Source: the human T2T-CHM13v2.0 reference genome, Homo sapiens. Taken from it: a stretch of DNA of 64,000 bases. Below the pieces are notes generated by a model. That model searched no databases. It had not been told where the DNA came from and saw only the letters and a program-made list of their open reading frames with translations. The position numbers were made by a program, and so were the translations under genes. The stretch lies in NCBI RefSeq assembly GCF_009914755.1, contig NC_060941.1. The stretch is one strand, 5' to 3'. This document shows positions 13,039-25,430 of this stretch, piece after piece (within the stretch, counting starts at the first letter, position 1; every line of letters begins with the position of its first letter).

Positions 13039-16000
13039 TGCCCGGCGCGCGGGCCGGGGAGAGGGTGGGCGCGGCGCTGGCTCCGCGCGAGACACAAAGG
13101 AGCCGGAGCTGGCGGGCGGGTCCCTTCGCGGCCAGCTGTACATCAGCTCTGGTCCCTCTCGGCTGGGGACCTCCCCAGCACACCGATCCCACAAACTCTC
13201 CACGCGCACACCCCCTCGCCCACAGACACAATGAAACACACCGAAACTCAAGCACGCGCGCGTAGCCCGGGACCCGAGCGATCCCCAGGGGCCGCGCCGG
13301 CACCCCCGGGGGAGGTGGAGGCTGGCGAGGGGGCGGGAGGAGGCTGGGGTTGGGGGGAGCGGACGGGAGGGGGGGAGGGGTTGCTTGGCAACCGGTGTCT
13401 GTGCTATTGCTATGGGAACTGGCCATCCTGGGGCGGGGCCGGCCGGGGGCGGGGCGCGTCGGTGCCGCTGGGCGCTTTCTACAGGCTCGGGCTGAGGGGT
13501 GGGGGCAGAAGTAGGGGCAGAAGTAGGGGCGGGGGCGCGGTCGGAGCCGGGGTAGGGGCTGAGTTCCTAGCGGATCTAGGGTAGCTGGGTAGGCCCAGCC
13601 CGACGCCCGCCTCGTCTCCCACGGAGTCACCGGCCCGCTCCTCGCTGTGCGGTGGGGTGGTAAGGGGAGCGACACCGAGTCTCCCCCAACGGAGACAGCG
13701 ACCTCGGTCGCGGCCCCTCAGCAGGGAGGCTGCGGAGACCTCAGTAGGAAACTAGGGTGTGCAGGACCGATCTGCGGACCGGGAACAGACTGGGAGGGGC
13801 GTGGACATCTCGTCGGAGCTGGGCGCTGCGACCCCCAAATGCGACTGGAGGCTGAGTAGTAGGTGTCATGAGGCTGGAATGCTAGGGGACCAGGATTTCA
13901 GCCCCGGGACCGTGGGGACAGCTCCCTACTGGGGAGGGGCCTGGATGCCTCCAACGCCAAAATGCGCTCGGCTTCGGCGCCTTCCGGGCGCCCTTCTGCC
14001 CGGCTGCGGAACTTGAACTAACAGGTGGCTGGGGAGGGGCCACCTGGTCCCAGCAAGGTTGGGCACAGGTTTGCTGCTTAAGCGTGGCGCTCAGATCGGG
14101 GACCGGGTGGAGGGAGTTGGTGGGGGCTTTCCTTTGATTTTTCAAAAACCCTTGGACAGAATTCCTTCTTTTTCGGTAACCTTTCCCCGCGTGTTAACTC
14201 CGCCCCTCGGTTGTTCGGGAAGTTCTCCCACACACCTAGCCTTCCTTACTGCAGTTCCAACCCCTGCACAGAGTTCAGCCGCGGTTGTTTCTTGGTGGAG
14301 GTTGGCAAGGAGCTCTTAAAACCATAGCCCTTTTCTGGCCGCATTTGAAGTCATCTGAAAAGAGGCTTTGTGAAGCTGGATCTGCTTAGTGAAGTCAACT
14401 TGGCCCCCTTTTCCCCTCCAGACCATGCTTGTTCTCATCTCATCGGGGATCCTGCCCACCTCTGTCTCCCACCCCCACTCCCAAAAGAGGCTGCTTTGCC
14501 CTTTGCAATTTGGAGCCTAATGGCAGGGCTGAGTGGAGTCTGCAGGTAACAGAAATGTGCAATCAGTAGTTCGAGAAACACAGCCACACAAAAGAGCCAG
14601 TGGGCTCATGATCACACCCTCCTCTTTTCTTTTGAAAAACATCATTTTTAGTGTGCAATTGCTCAGATCACGAACACCTACTCCTCTCCTCTGGAGAATG
14701 TACCCACGTCACTACCTGCCACAGCACCTGAGCTGGATACAGAGCAGGGGCTGCAATGCCCCATATTCCACCTCACAAGCAAGTTCCATCAGGTGCCAAC
14801 TGCCTGGCACAGTAAGTCATAAGTCATGCTACTGGCACGACCCGAAGGCATGTGTGGACCCAGGGCCTTCCAGTTTCCCAGTGGAAATTCTGAAACTAAC
14901 TCCTCCCCGCCAGCAAACCTGGCTTCCTTTATTAATTCCTCATGCTAATTAGGATTAATGCTGCACTTAGCATCTTGCCAGCTGCCTCGAGCCATTTGCA
15001 CTTCGGTGTTCATCAAGAGAGCCCCAAGCTGATCTGGGCAGCTGGCTCCACTAGCAGAGGGAGCCATCTGGGGGACCTCACCGAAAGAACTGGGCTGCCT
15101 GTGTTATTCCCCAATGCTCAGTGGTTCTGAGGGCCAGAACATCCTTGTGGGACCCAGGGCTGGGAGAGTGGGTTCAAGATTCCTTGGCTAGAATCATTGT
15201 GACAGTCCCTCAACCTGGGTGGGAACTGACAGCTTTTCTCATAAAAAGCACATCCCTAGACCAACAGCTCTCAACCACCTGACACCTCACCTCCTACGAT
15301 GCCTCCACCTGCCAGCAAGTAGCCAGAGCTGAGGCCTGGACAGCACCTTAACCCTAGGCCACTTTCTGGGGACACGGAGGGAGGGTTACCTCCGTGTTGG
15401 CTTTCATGTATAAGATGCATTGTTTCCACCTGTTCTCTAGAAAAGTATTCCAAAGCATTACCTCCAAAGCAAAATGAACAGAAGAAAATGAAAAAATCAA
15501 ACCTCTGGGCTGAAACTAAAGAAACACTGCAGCAGGCAGCTAATAAGACTCCGAGGATAAAGGCAGAACTCTGAAGGGTTTGCTGGCAACTGGCAAACAA
15601 CAGATTCAGTTGCATGTTCGTGTCTTATAAATGATGTTGCCGGGCCAGGAAGCCCAGCCCTCTGTGTGCTTAAGGTATCCATGCATTCTGGCAGGGCTAC
15701 GTGCAAAAGACTGTTGCTCCCAGCTTCACAGGGCTGACCTTGTCTTAGCCTCTTTCTACCCCTCAAATCAAAGTCTCTCCCTTCTGCCTGCCCCTCTGCT
15801 GGAAAGTGTCCAAAATACTCAAGTGTGCAGAGCCTTGTGCACATTACCGCGTGGCCTGCCCATGACAGCCCTGGGAGGACGCTGTCTTCACCCCCATCTG
15901 CAGATGAGCCAGGGAGGTGCAGAGAGGTTCAGGGACTTGCCCAGAGGCGCCCAGGTAGGAGGCAGCCGGGCCAGATTGGAGCCTTTGTCTCACTACAAAG

Positions 16001-16169
16001 CTCTTCTCACCAGATCATCCTGCCTTTTCCCAAACAGCTTCTGGGTTGCCATTAAAAATAGACCAAGTACTTGACTACCCAGTGGAGCCCAGCTCTGAGG
16101 TTGGGCTGGCGGCAGCATGAAGGCATTAGAAGTGAGGATGCACAACGGATACATAAATTGCGTAACACA

Positions 16170-16630
16170 CCTTTTCCCTTCTTTTCTCTTCCCTTCCCTT
16201 CTTTTCCCTTCTCCCTTTTTCTCCTCCTCTCCTCTCTTCTCCCCTCCTCCCCTCTCTTCTTCTTTCCCTCCCCTTCCCTCACCTTCCCTCCCCTCCTCCT
16301 CTCCCTCCTCTCCCCTACCCTCCTCCTCTGCCTCCTCTCCCCTCCCCTCCTCCTCTCCCTCCTCTCCCCTCCCCTCCTCCTCTCCCTCCTCTCCCCTCCC
16401 CTCCTCCTCTCCCTCCTCTCCCCTCCCCTCCTCCTCTCCCTCCTCTCCCCTCCCCTCCTCCTCTCCCTCCTCTCCCCTCCCCTCCTCCTCTCCCTCCTCT
16501 CCTCCCCTCACCTTCCCTCCTTCTCTCCTTCCTCTCCTCCCCTCCCCTTCCCTCCTCCTCCCTTCCCTTCCTCTCTTCTCCATTCCTCTCTTCTCTCCTT
16601 TTCTTTCCTCCCTTTTCCTCTTTCTCTTTC
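16170..16630. repeat. Polypyrimidine tract containing a 27-bp minisatellite (~8 copies, 16291-16506)
   Basis: Unit CCCTCCTCCTCTCCCTCCTCTCCCCTC; appears as a 9-aa periodicity (PSSSPSSPL / GEEGEEEGR) in the ORF track. Confidence 0.92.
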
Positions 16631-18107
16631 AGTCTTTGTCTATGTCTCTCTCCCAATCTGTTTCTCAGTCTCTCTGTGTCACTATCTCTATCTCTTTCTC
16701 TTTTTTCTCTCCTTCCACTGTGTGCTAGACTGGTCACCACAGTCAGTCATCTCCCTGCCTTCTGAGACACTCACCTCATTCTTTGTATCTTTGGTGACAC
16801 CCAGCCAAGCCTGAGGACATAGGAAAGGGGTAGTAAACCTTTCTTCAAGGTTTATCAAAGGCATCACCAACCAACATTTGTTCAATCTCATGCATTCTGG
16901 AATTCAGTGGGTACAGAATGTAAGCAAACATCACGGAACATGTACTCTTGCCAGGGACAGAAGAGCCCGTGTAGACGTGGAAGGGAAGAGGAGACTCTGG
17001 GCCCAGAGGGCAGCAGCTTGTGCCACATGCCAAAGCCCTGCCACCCACACCAACTCTAGAGAACTCACTAGAGCCACCCAGTCCCCGTGCTGCCATCAGG
17101 AAAGCTCTCCACCCAAAGAGAAGGGTCCTGGCGCCTCAGCCGTGCCCCTCCCCCAACCTGATGGAGAAAGCTGCCTCCAGCATGCCCACAGCTCTGCCAG
17201 GGCCTTAATATAGCAGACTTGATGCCAGGGGTGGCCCCCGCACCTGTTTTGTGCCAGCTCTGTGCTGGGTACTAGTGGGGGAAGTTATGGAGAAGGTTCT
17301 GGAACCTGAGAGTGAAGGAGTTCTTTGCCCCAGTCATGTTCACGTGTCTCACCTGGGCAGCATCTTGCACACCAGTGTACCCAACCTTTCTTCCCACCAT
17401 GGCACACTGAGGAAGAGGAAGCATTAGCCCTGCACCCTGGGGAGGGGATTGAGAAGACAGCCATGGATGTCTCCCAAGGGGCCCCAGCTGCCCCGAGCCC
17501 CGCCCAGGTGCCCACAGGTGGGAGGCTTTTTCCAAAGAGTTTCCTGAAACTCCTTCCTGGTGGGTCAGCTGCATGGCTCTGTCTTAAACCACACTCCCTA
17601 CATAGGACCATTCAGAGAGGTTTCATCAAATAATAGCCTTTCTCCACCCACTCCAGGCCTGGTGCTGGGCTTGAAACTTTTCTTATCTGTGTTTGCTTTC
17701 ATTTTCTCTTGAAATAACCCAGAGGCAGCCTGTCCAGTCAGGCCCAGGTGAGTGACAGCGTCAGAACAGGCACCCCTTCCCTGACGCGCTAAGTACCACC
17801 GGCCAGAATCCTCACCCTGGACCCCCTTCGCCCTTGGGTGCTAATTATCACAGCCATCACTATGGAAGACCTTCATGCAGGACTCACATTCGTGCATGTA
17901 ATTGCCAGCAACACCTCAAGGTAGATATTAATTATTTGCCTTTTATAGTTGTAGAAAATGAGGCTTAAGACGTGCACAGCTCCTGAGTATTGCATCTCAC
18001 TCCCCGGATCACGGCCAAGGTGGAACATAGGAGCTCTTCTGTCCACTAGTCAGGGGAAATCCTTTATATTGGAACCATGCAGATTTGGAAGGGGCAGGTA
18101 AGGGGGT

Positions 18108-18603
18108 TGTTGGAGTCAGCTTGGGCTGACGTCATAAAATATGATAGACTGGGTGGTTTAGATCACAGATGTGAACTTCTCATAGTTCTGGAGGCTGGGA
18201 AGTCCAAGATTAAGGTGTCGCTGGACTCAGTTCCTGGTGAGGTCCCTCTTCCTGGCTTGCAGATGGCCGGCTTCTTCATGCAAGTTCCACAGGGCATAAC
18301 TCAGGAGCACCAAGGGTTATGGGTGTAGCATCAGCTGCCCCTCACACCAGGGCAGGGTTTCTCAGCCTTTGCACTGCTGACATTGGGGCCAGATCATTCT
18401 ATTAAAATGCTCACATGGTGGAGAGAGAGGGCACCAGTTTTTTGGTCCTTTCTTACAAGGGCATTGGTCTGATCATGACCCTCACAACCTCATCTAAACC
18501 TAATCACTTCCCAGAGGCCCTGTCTCCAAATAGCATTGTTTACACAGAGGATTATGTCTTCATCATATGTATTTTGGGGGCACACAGACATGTGTCCATC
18601 ACA
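18108..18603 (-). mobile_element. MLT1A-like MaLR solo LTR, interrupted at about 18283-18405
   Basis: CTCATAGTTCTGGAGGCTGGGAAGTCCAAGATTAAGG and ACCTAATCACTTCCCAGAGGCCCTGTCTCCAAATA are typical MLT1A segments. Confidence 0.8.
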
Positions 18604-19031
18604 GACATGTTCTCGCCCTGTGTCTGCTTCACAGCTGGTGCTTACTCTCCAATCATTCAGGAAGAGGCCCTTCAAAAAGTCTCAGTAGGAAAATCAGCAG
18701 ATCTTTAAAATAAATCCCCTGTGTCAGTCTCCACCAACAGCCCAGACTCTGAGGATTTCCAGGACATAGTGACAGAAGTGCCGAGTAGGAAGGGGCCTCA
18801 GGTCACCAGACCCTGAGTGTCAGAGGCGAGGAAGCCACAGCTAAACTGGAACAGCAATGTGCAGGGGAGGGGGCCTGGTGGGCCTCTGTCTCCTCATCTG
18901 AAAATGGGGCCTGACTGTTCTGGAACACTCCTCCCACCTCTCACTCTCTGTCATACAAACCCCGGAAAGCCTCTGCCCATAGCTTCCACGCTGACGGTGG
19001 GTCGGTGTGGCCTCATGGAGGGTCCTTGCTG

Positions 19032-19118
19032 GAGGAGGGGTTTCCAGCCAGAAGAGCCTTGAGGAGGGGTTTCCAGCCAGAAGAGCCTTGAGGAGGGGTT
19101 TCCAGCCAGAAGAGCCTT
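19032..19118. repeat. Perfect 29-bp tandem repeat x3
   Basis: GAGGAGGGGTTTCCAGCCAGAAGAGCCTT at 19032, 19061 and 19090. Confidence 0.95.
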
Positions 19119-20123
19119 GTGGAGCTTACTTAGTTCAGTGACTTTTGACCCTTTTGCTGCTGAGACACACACACGGGCTACAAGTCACCCGCCTGCTGGG
19201 TGTGCTGCTGTTCCCTCATTCATTCTTCCAGCACAGGCTCACTGAACACCTGGTCTGTATTAGACATGCAGGGCTCAGGGTCACAGCTGCAGAAAGGACA
19301 GACAGGTCCCTGCTGTCCTGGAATTGATACTCCTATGTATGAGGCAGTTGGCACTTCTAGGTGCAGATTTATGTTACGGTGAAAACAGAGCAGGGGGCGT
19401 GTGGGGAGCGGCTGGAGGGGGCCGCTGTTGGCTGGTCAAGGGGACAGGAAATTGTCAGGGAAGGTCATGTTTAAGCCAAAACCTGAACCAGAAAAAGGAC
19501 CTGGAGGGAAAACCTTCTAGGAGGAGGAAAGGGCGAGCCGAGGCCCCGAGCAGGAGGGAACCTGGTGAGGATGGAGGAGAGGGAGCAAGGAAGAGGTCAG
19601 GGGTTGGGCTGGGGAGGCTCTGAGGTCAGGGTCAGAAGCCTGCTTTATTTCACATGAGATCGGTGCTATTGCAGAACTTCGGGCAAGGAAGTACGGTGAT
19701 CTGGTTTATGTTTTTAGCAGACCTTCTGACTGCATTTGGAGATGGAGATATCAGGAGGCAGGGGAGGCTACCAGGAGACCCATCTGGACATTGTGGCAGA
19801 CTGGAGACCTGGGGCTACGTGGCAGCAGCAGAGATGGGAGAAGTGGAGGGATGGCCCGGAGAAGGGGATGAGGAATGAAGGGTGACCTCCCAGATTTGGG
19901 GCCACAGCAGCCGGCCAGGCGACAGCACCATGGCCAAGTAGGGAAAGACAGAAGAAGGAACAGTTGTGGGAAAGAAAGCTAAAGGTATGCCCATGGGGGT
20001 GCCAGATTCTGACACTACTGCCTGACACCCCACAGCCTAAAGTAGTGCTGGACAGTTCCATAGAGCATAACTCAGGAGCACCAGGGGTTATGGGTTCAGC
20101 ATCGGCTGCCCCTCGGAGCAGGG

Positions 20124-20334
20124 CAGGGTTTCTCACCTGTAGCACTGCTGACACTGGGGCCGGATCCTCTGTCACAGGAGCTGTCCTCTGTGCTGTAGGT
20201 GTTTAGCAGCATACCTGGCCTCCCCGCACTGGAACCAGTAGCGCTCCTCCTTCTCCAGCTGTGACAACCAAAAATGGGCTCAGACTTTGCATATGTCCCT
20301 GGAGGACAAAACTGCCCCCATGGAGAACCTCTTG
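20124..20334. mobile_element. MER20 (hAT-Charlie) DNA transposon
   Basis: CAGGGTTTCTCA...GCACTGCTGACA...GTTTAGCAGCATACCTGGCC...GTGACAACCAAAA...GGAGAACC, about 210 bp. Confidence 0.85.
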
Positions 20335-20356
20335 AATCTAGGGGAAGCATCGTTTA

Positions 20357-21055
<699 letters not shown>

Positions 21056-24000
21056 GCGAAAGCACATGTAACATAAGTGGGGGAAGCGATCCTATCAATG
21101 GGATGACCTGGCATATGCTTTAGGGGCCAGCCCCAGTCCTTTATTAATAGTAATGCTTTCCCTACCCACAATGCCCAGAAGGCGTCCACCATGGAGCTGA
21201 GAACCACAATGCTGCCCAGTTCTTATGCTGTGCAAGCCAGGGAAGCTCAAGACAGGTGAGGCAGAGTGACTTACGCAAGGTGGCATGGCTCAGGAGCAGA
21301 AAGTGGCTGTGGGGCTGCCTGGCTGGGGCTCTGTCCCAGCATAACCTCCCCTTGGGTGCGTACCTGGGCAAAGGTTGGGCAACACACAGCCACCGTAGCG
21401 TGCGGCAGCAATAGGTGCAGAACAGCGATGGAAACTCCCTCCCGTGGTGTCTGTGCCTCGGGCCTCCATCGCGGTTAACCTGCATACAGTCTCAGAGAAG
21501 CAGCACTGCCCTCCATGACAGCCTCCCCTCAACAAGGATGCTCTCTCCAGCGGGTGCATGGGCTTGGTCTCCTGGGAAACAGCTTCAAAAAGGGAACAAA
21601 CTGGTTCTAAGCTCCAGGGAGAGGCCAGGGAGGGCCTGCCTGGATCTGCCCCCAACGTCCCGTCCCCCAATTCTTGTTCTGTATCCCCGTGAGACTCCGG
21701 GAAGTGCTGCGCGAGACTCTCTTTTCTGAACTGCGAGGCAGGACATGGTACCAGACAAAGGACTTTTTTTCTAGCATTATCAACTTCTTCCAATGAAAAA
21801 CTTTTCAAAGCTGTGAAAATGACATCCCGTGATTTTACTGTTTGTTTACTTCTTCCCCCTTCAACCATAAAAGGAAGAAAGGGACAAGATAAATAAAGAG
21901 ATGAGGGACTGGGGCGGATAGAAAAATCAAGTAGGAAAATGAGAGATGATGGCTGCGTCCAGCTAGTGTCCACAGTACCGACTGCAGAAGCCAGCTGGGG
22001 GCCGAGGCAGGCCACAGCTTTGTCGCTGAGCTTCCTGGAGGCCAGGACAAAGAAAGGAGTGTGGCCAGAGGTGTGTTCACAGGGGGCATACAATAAAAGG
22101 GGAATATTTCATAATAGAAGCCCAGCTCTTCCTGAAACAGAGGCCTAGAAAAAACGATGCCCCTTATTCGAGGGACATTCTGTTAAAATGGACTCTGTTG
22201 AAAAGGCAGCATGGGGTAGGGGAAAGAGGCCAGGCTTTGGGGTTGGACCTCTAGAGTTCAAAACCCCAGTTTCCAGGCAGCTGTGTAGCTTTGGGCAGGT
22301 TAGGTGACCTCTCTGAGTTCTTGTTGATGTCTGGAAAGTGGGATAATGAGGCAGTGAATGGAAAGGTGCCCAGCACATATCTATGGATGCCCCCCGCGCA
22401 GAGTGCTCGTTAGGGTACCTCTGGGTGGAATCAGTGGTCCCTGGTGTCTGCATTCTTCGAGGCTCCTGGGTGTGAGCCTATGAGGTGGAGACAATGACAG
22501 ACTGAGCTGCCAACCCCGAATGTGCACAGGGGACCCTTCTGGTGAAGCACCACAGCCTTTACAAAGCAGCCACTTCCGCCCCCACAGGCCCCAGGCTCTC
22601 TGCAGGCTTTTCCCAGGGTCTATCTGGAGTTGGGCTTGAGTCAAACCCTTTCCTCCCCCATTAGTCCACGTGGAAGCCGCCGCATCAGATGGCTTTGCGG
22701 TGCATGGGCTTGCAAGGGCTTTGGACTTTAACTGGAGCTGCTCTTGCACCCCTCCCTCCCTCCCACCCTGACGCCGTGACTTGCCTCTGAGGACTGTAGA
22801 CCCAGAGCAAGCTCTCCACGTCACCACATCCAACACGGCCTGCCTGCTACCATGGCAAGCCCACAGAGGTGGAGGTGTCGGGAAATGCTGTTTAACTGCC
22901 TCTCCTCCTTCCACCGCTATCACCCCATTTCTGAAAGAGAATGTGGAAAGGTAGAGGGCAGTTTCTTGACTCAAGCCCAGCTCCAGACAGAGCCTGGGAA
23001 AAACCAAATGAGTAAAAATCATCAGTCTCCCTGGCTCACCTGCCACTAGCATCTGTCACCTCCTGGGCCCAGGGACACAGGAAGGGGCTGGATCTTCATT
23101 CCAGCTCCCCCTTTCCTCCCCACCATGAGTCCACATGGAAGCAGCAGCATCAGACGGTCAGCATTGAAGCCACATGGCCCCGGGTTTGAGTCCAGACTCC
23201 CACTTGTCAGCTGTGTGTCTTCAGACAAATTGCCTAACCTCTCTGAACTTTGTTGTTCAGAGAGCAATTTTTCCTTCATTGTTAAGTTAGGAGCATCATA
23301 GAATCAACCCTGGGGTTGTGAAGTTATATGAGAAAAAACATGGAAAATACCCCTTCTCGTGCCTGGCACCTTATAGATATTCAAAACATATCATCGCTTT
23401 CTCTCTATTTCCATGTTTCCTGAACCATGGAATTTTTCCCAGAAGACATAAGTTGCCCAAATTTTGTAAGCTGCCCCAGGTCAGCTCACCAGCCTGCAGG
23501 GTCCAGGAATGGAAGAAGCTGAGCACCCCCCAGTGGAGGCCACGGTGTTATTTCCTCACCTCTCAGAGGCAGGGCGTTCTGAATGGCTCCTGTGAACTGC
23601 AAAATCAGAGACTGAGGCTCTCAGCTGGGAGCTGAAAGAGGGCCTAGCACCCAGGCTGTGGCTGGGCTGGGGATGGCAGCCACCCAGGTGTGTGTTCCCA
23701 ACATCACATTTTCTGGCACAGTGACTTTGCCAAGTGCCCTAGCCTGGCCCCAAGGAGGCAGAGAGGAACTGGGGAACTTCCAGTAGCCTCAGGGGTGGGA
23801 ACTGAGTGCCCAGATTGATACTCAGGAACAGAGACAGCGCTCGTGGGGGTTGTGACTGACCCTCGCATCTCCCTGTCACTTACCGACACCTGCCGAGAGC
23901 CCTGCCGCGTCAGGTGACCTCCCAGTGTCTCAGGGCCAGGGCCAGGGTAGAGGAGGACAAGGCACCGGAGTGAAAACCATCAGGATTGGAGTCAGGGGAC

Positions 24001-24110
24001 CTGTGGCCTGGTCCTGACTCCGCCACTCACCATCTGGACAGTCTTTGGCTTGTCACTCAACCTCCTAGAGCCTCGGTTTGCTCGGCTGTCAAATTGGCAA
24101 ATAAAACCTG

Positions 24111-24470
24111 TCCTCCCCTCCCTCCTCCCTCTGTCTTTCCTCTTTCCTCCTGTCGTCCTCCCCTCCCTTCTCCCTCCATCCTCCCCTCCCTCCAACTTCT
24201 TTCCATCCCTCCATCCTTCCCACCTCCATCCCTCTCTCTAACTTCCACCCTCCTCCCTCCAACTTCCCTCCCTCCTTCCAGCTTTCCTCTATCCTCTCCA
24301 TCCTCCCTCTTTCCCTCCCTCCATCCTCCCTCCCTCCTTCCTCTCTTTATTCTTTCTTCCTGGTCCCTCCCTCCCTGCATCTTCCATTCCTCCTTTCTCC
24401 TCCCCATCGTCCCTCCTCCCTGCCTTCATCTTCTTTCTATCCCTGAGTCCTCCCTGCCCCGCCCCACCCC
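24111..24470. repeat. CT-rich low-complexity tract
   Basis: Degenerate CCTCCCTCC/CCAT repeats. Confidence 0.85.
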
Positions 24471-25254
24471 CAGGGTTCTGTGAACATCCAAGCCAAGGAT
24501 GTTTGTGAAAGTGCTGTGAGAAGCACAGCGGCCGTGCTCCCACAGAGGCACCACACAGGACACAGTGACTTCAGGCTCCTTTTCTTGGAAACACTGTTGG
24601 CTGTGGCCTCTTTTCCCTCTGACACCTTGGCAAGGAGGAGCCTGCCGGTGGTAACCTCACACGTCGGCTGTGCTTCCCGCCAGTGTGGTCTCGCTTGGAC
24701 AGCACCGCCCCCTCCGTCTCCAGCCCACTCAGTCACCAGTTCATCCATCCAGCAAGTGCTGCCAAGAGCCTGCTCTGTGCCTAGCAGAGACAGAAGTCCC
24801 TCTCCTGCAGTATCCCTCGGGGTTCCTTTCACCCTCCCCAGGCCTATGGGCTCCACCTCCGACACACGCCCACTGCCTTCCTTCCCTCCACCTCTCTCCA
24901 TCTCAGAGCACTCCCAGCTCTGTCATCTCTCGCCTGGATGCCCGCTGTAGAGTCCTGACTGGTCACTCTCCCTGCTCTCCACACACAGCCAGAAAGAGCT
25001 TGTAAAAATATCAACCAGATCACATCATTCCCCAGCTCAGTACCTTCTGGTGAGAACACATCCCTCTGTGATAAAGTCAGGCTCATTCCCTGATACCTGA
25101 AGCCCCATGGATCCAGCCCGCCCCACGGATCCAGCCCGCCCCACTTTCTGACTCTCCAGGAGCTTCGTGCGCAGAAGGGAGTCGAAGATGACATCTGAAC
25201 TAAGTCTGTGTGATGGTCAATAGGACGGGGGTTGTGGGTGGGGGATCGATGAGA

Positions 25255-25430
25255 CCTGCATTTGAATCCTGCTCTGCCCTGTGTTAGCTCTGTGACCTTG
25301 GACAGACTCCTTAGCTTCTCTGGGCCTCAGTTATTTTCTCATCTGTAAAATGGGGATATAATGATAGACCCTCCCCTCCCCCATCTCATCAGATGATCAG
25401 AACGATTAAATGAGATTGGACATGGGAAGC
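25255..25430. mobile_element. MIR
   Basis: TTTGAATCCTGCTCTGCC...TGTGACCTTGGACA...CTCTGGGCCTCAGTT...CATCTGTAAAATGGGGAT, the MIR core. Confidence 0.8.

Larger units (their letters stand above)
12040..13800. promoter_or_regulatory. CpG island spanning CACNG4 promoter, 5' UTR, exon 1 and start of intron 1
   Basis: Very high GC and dense CpG (GGCGGCGGCG, CGCGCG, GGGCGG boxes) against CpG-poor flanks; surrounds the first coding exon. Boundaries are approximate and the TSS cannot be determined from sequence. Confidence 0.9.

Noticed and set aside
11696-13234. 512-aa ORF containing CACNG4 exon 1 in frame (possible N-terminal extension, in-frame ATG at 12083, and intron read-through with HT repeats)
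   Set aside because: Stop codons are scarce in a GC-rich island, and the extension is low-complexity G/R/A/P. The ATG at 12707 has an optimal Kozak context and matches the known N-terminus. The C-terminal part is translated intron microsatellite beyond the donor.
11940-13675. Long antisense and alternative-frame ORFs over the CpG island (204, 457, 289 and 150 aa)
   Set aside because: Composition-driven open frames rich in P/R/A/G and VC repeats, with no recognisable domain.
15993-16814. ORFs of 141-247 aa with EEG, PSS or LLS repeats
   Set aside because: Translations of the CT-rich minisatellite, not genes.
19032-19118. 29-bp direct repeats as a possible CRISPR array
   Set aside because: The repeats are contiguous with no spacers, there are no cas genes and the DNA is eukaryotic. 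The LTR12 internal repeats at 30050-30350 are likewise not CRISPR.
21290-23052. 267-aa and 223-aa minus-strand ORFs in unique intronic sequence
   Set aside because: No recognisable domain and no exon or processed-pseudogene hallmarks (no poly(A) or TSD); the lengths are plausible by chance in GC-rich DNA.
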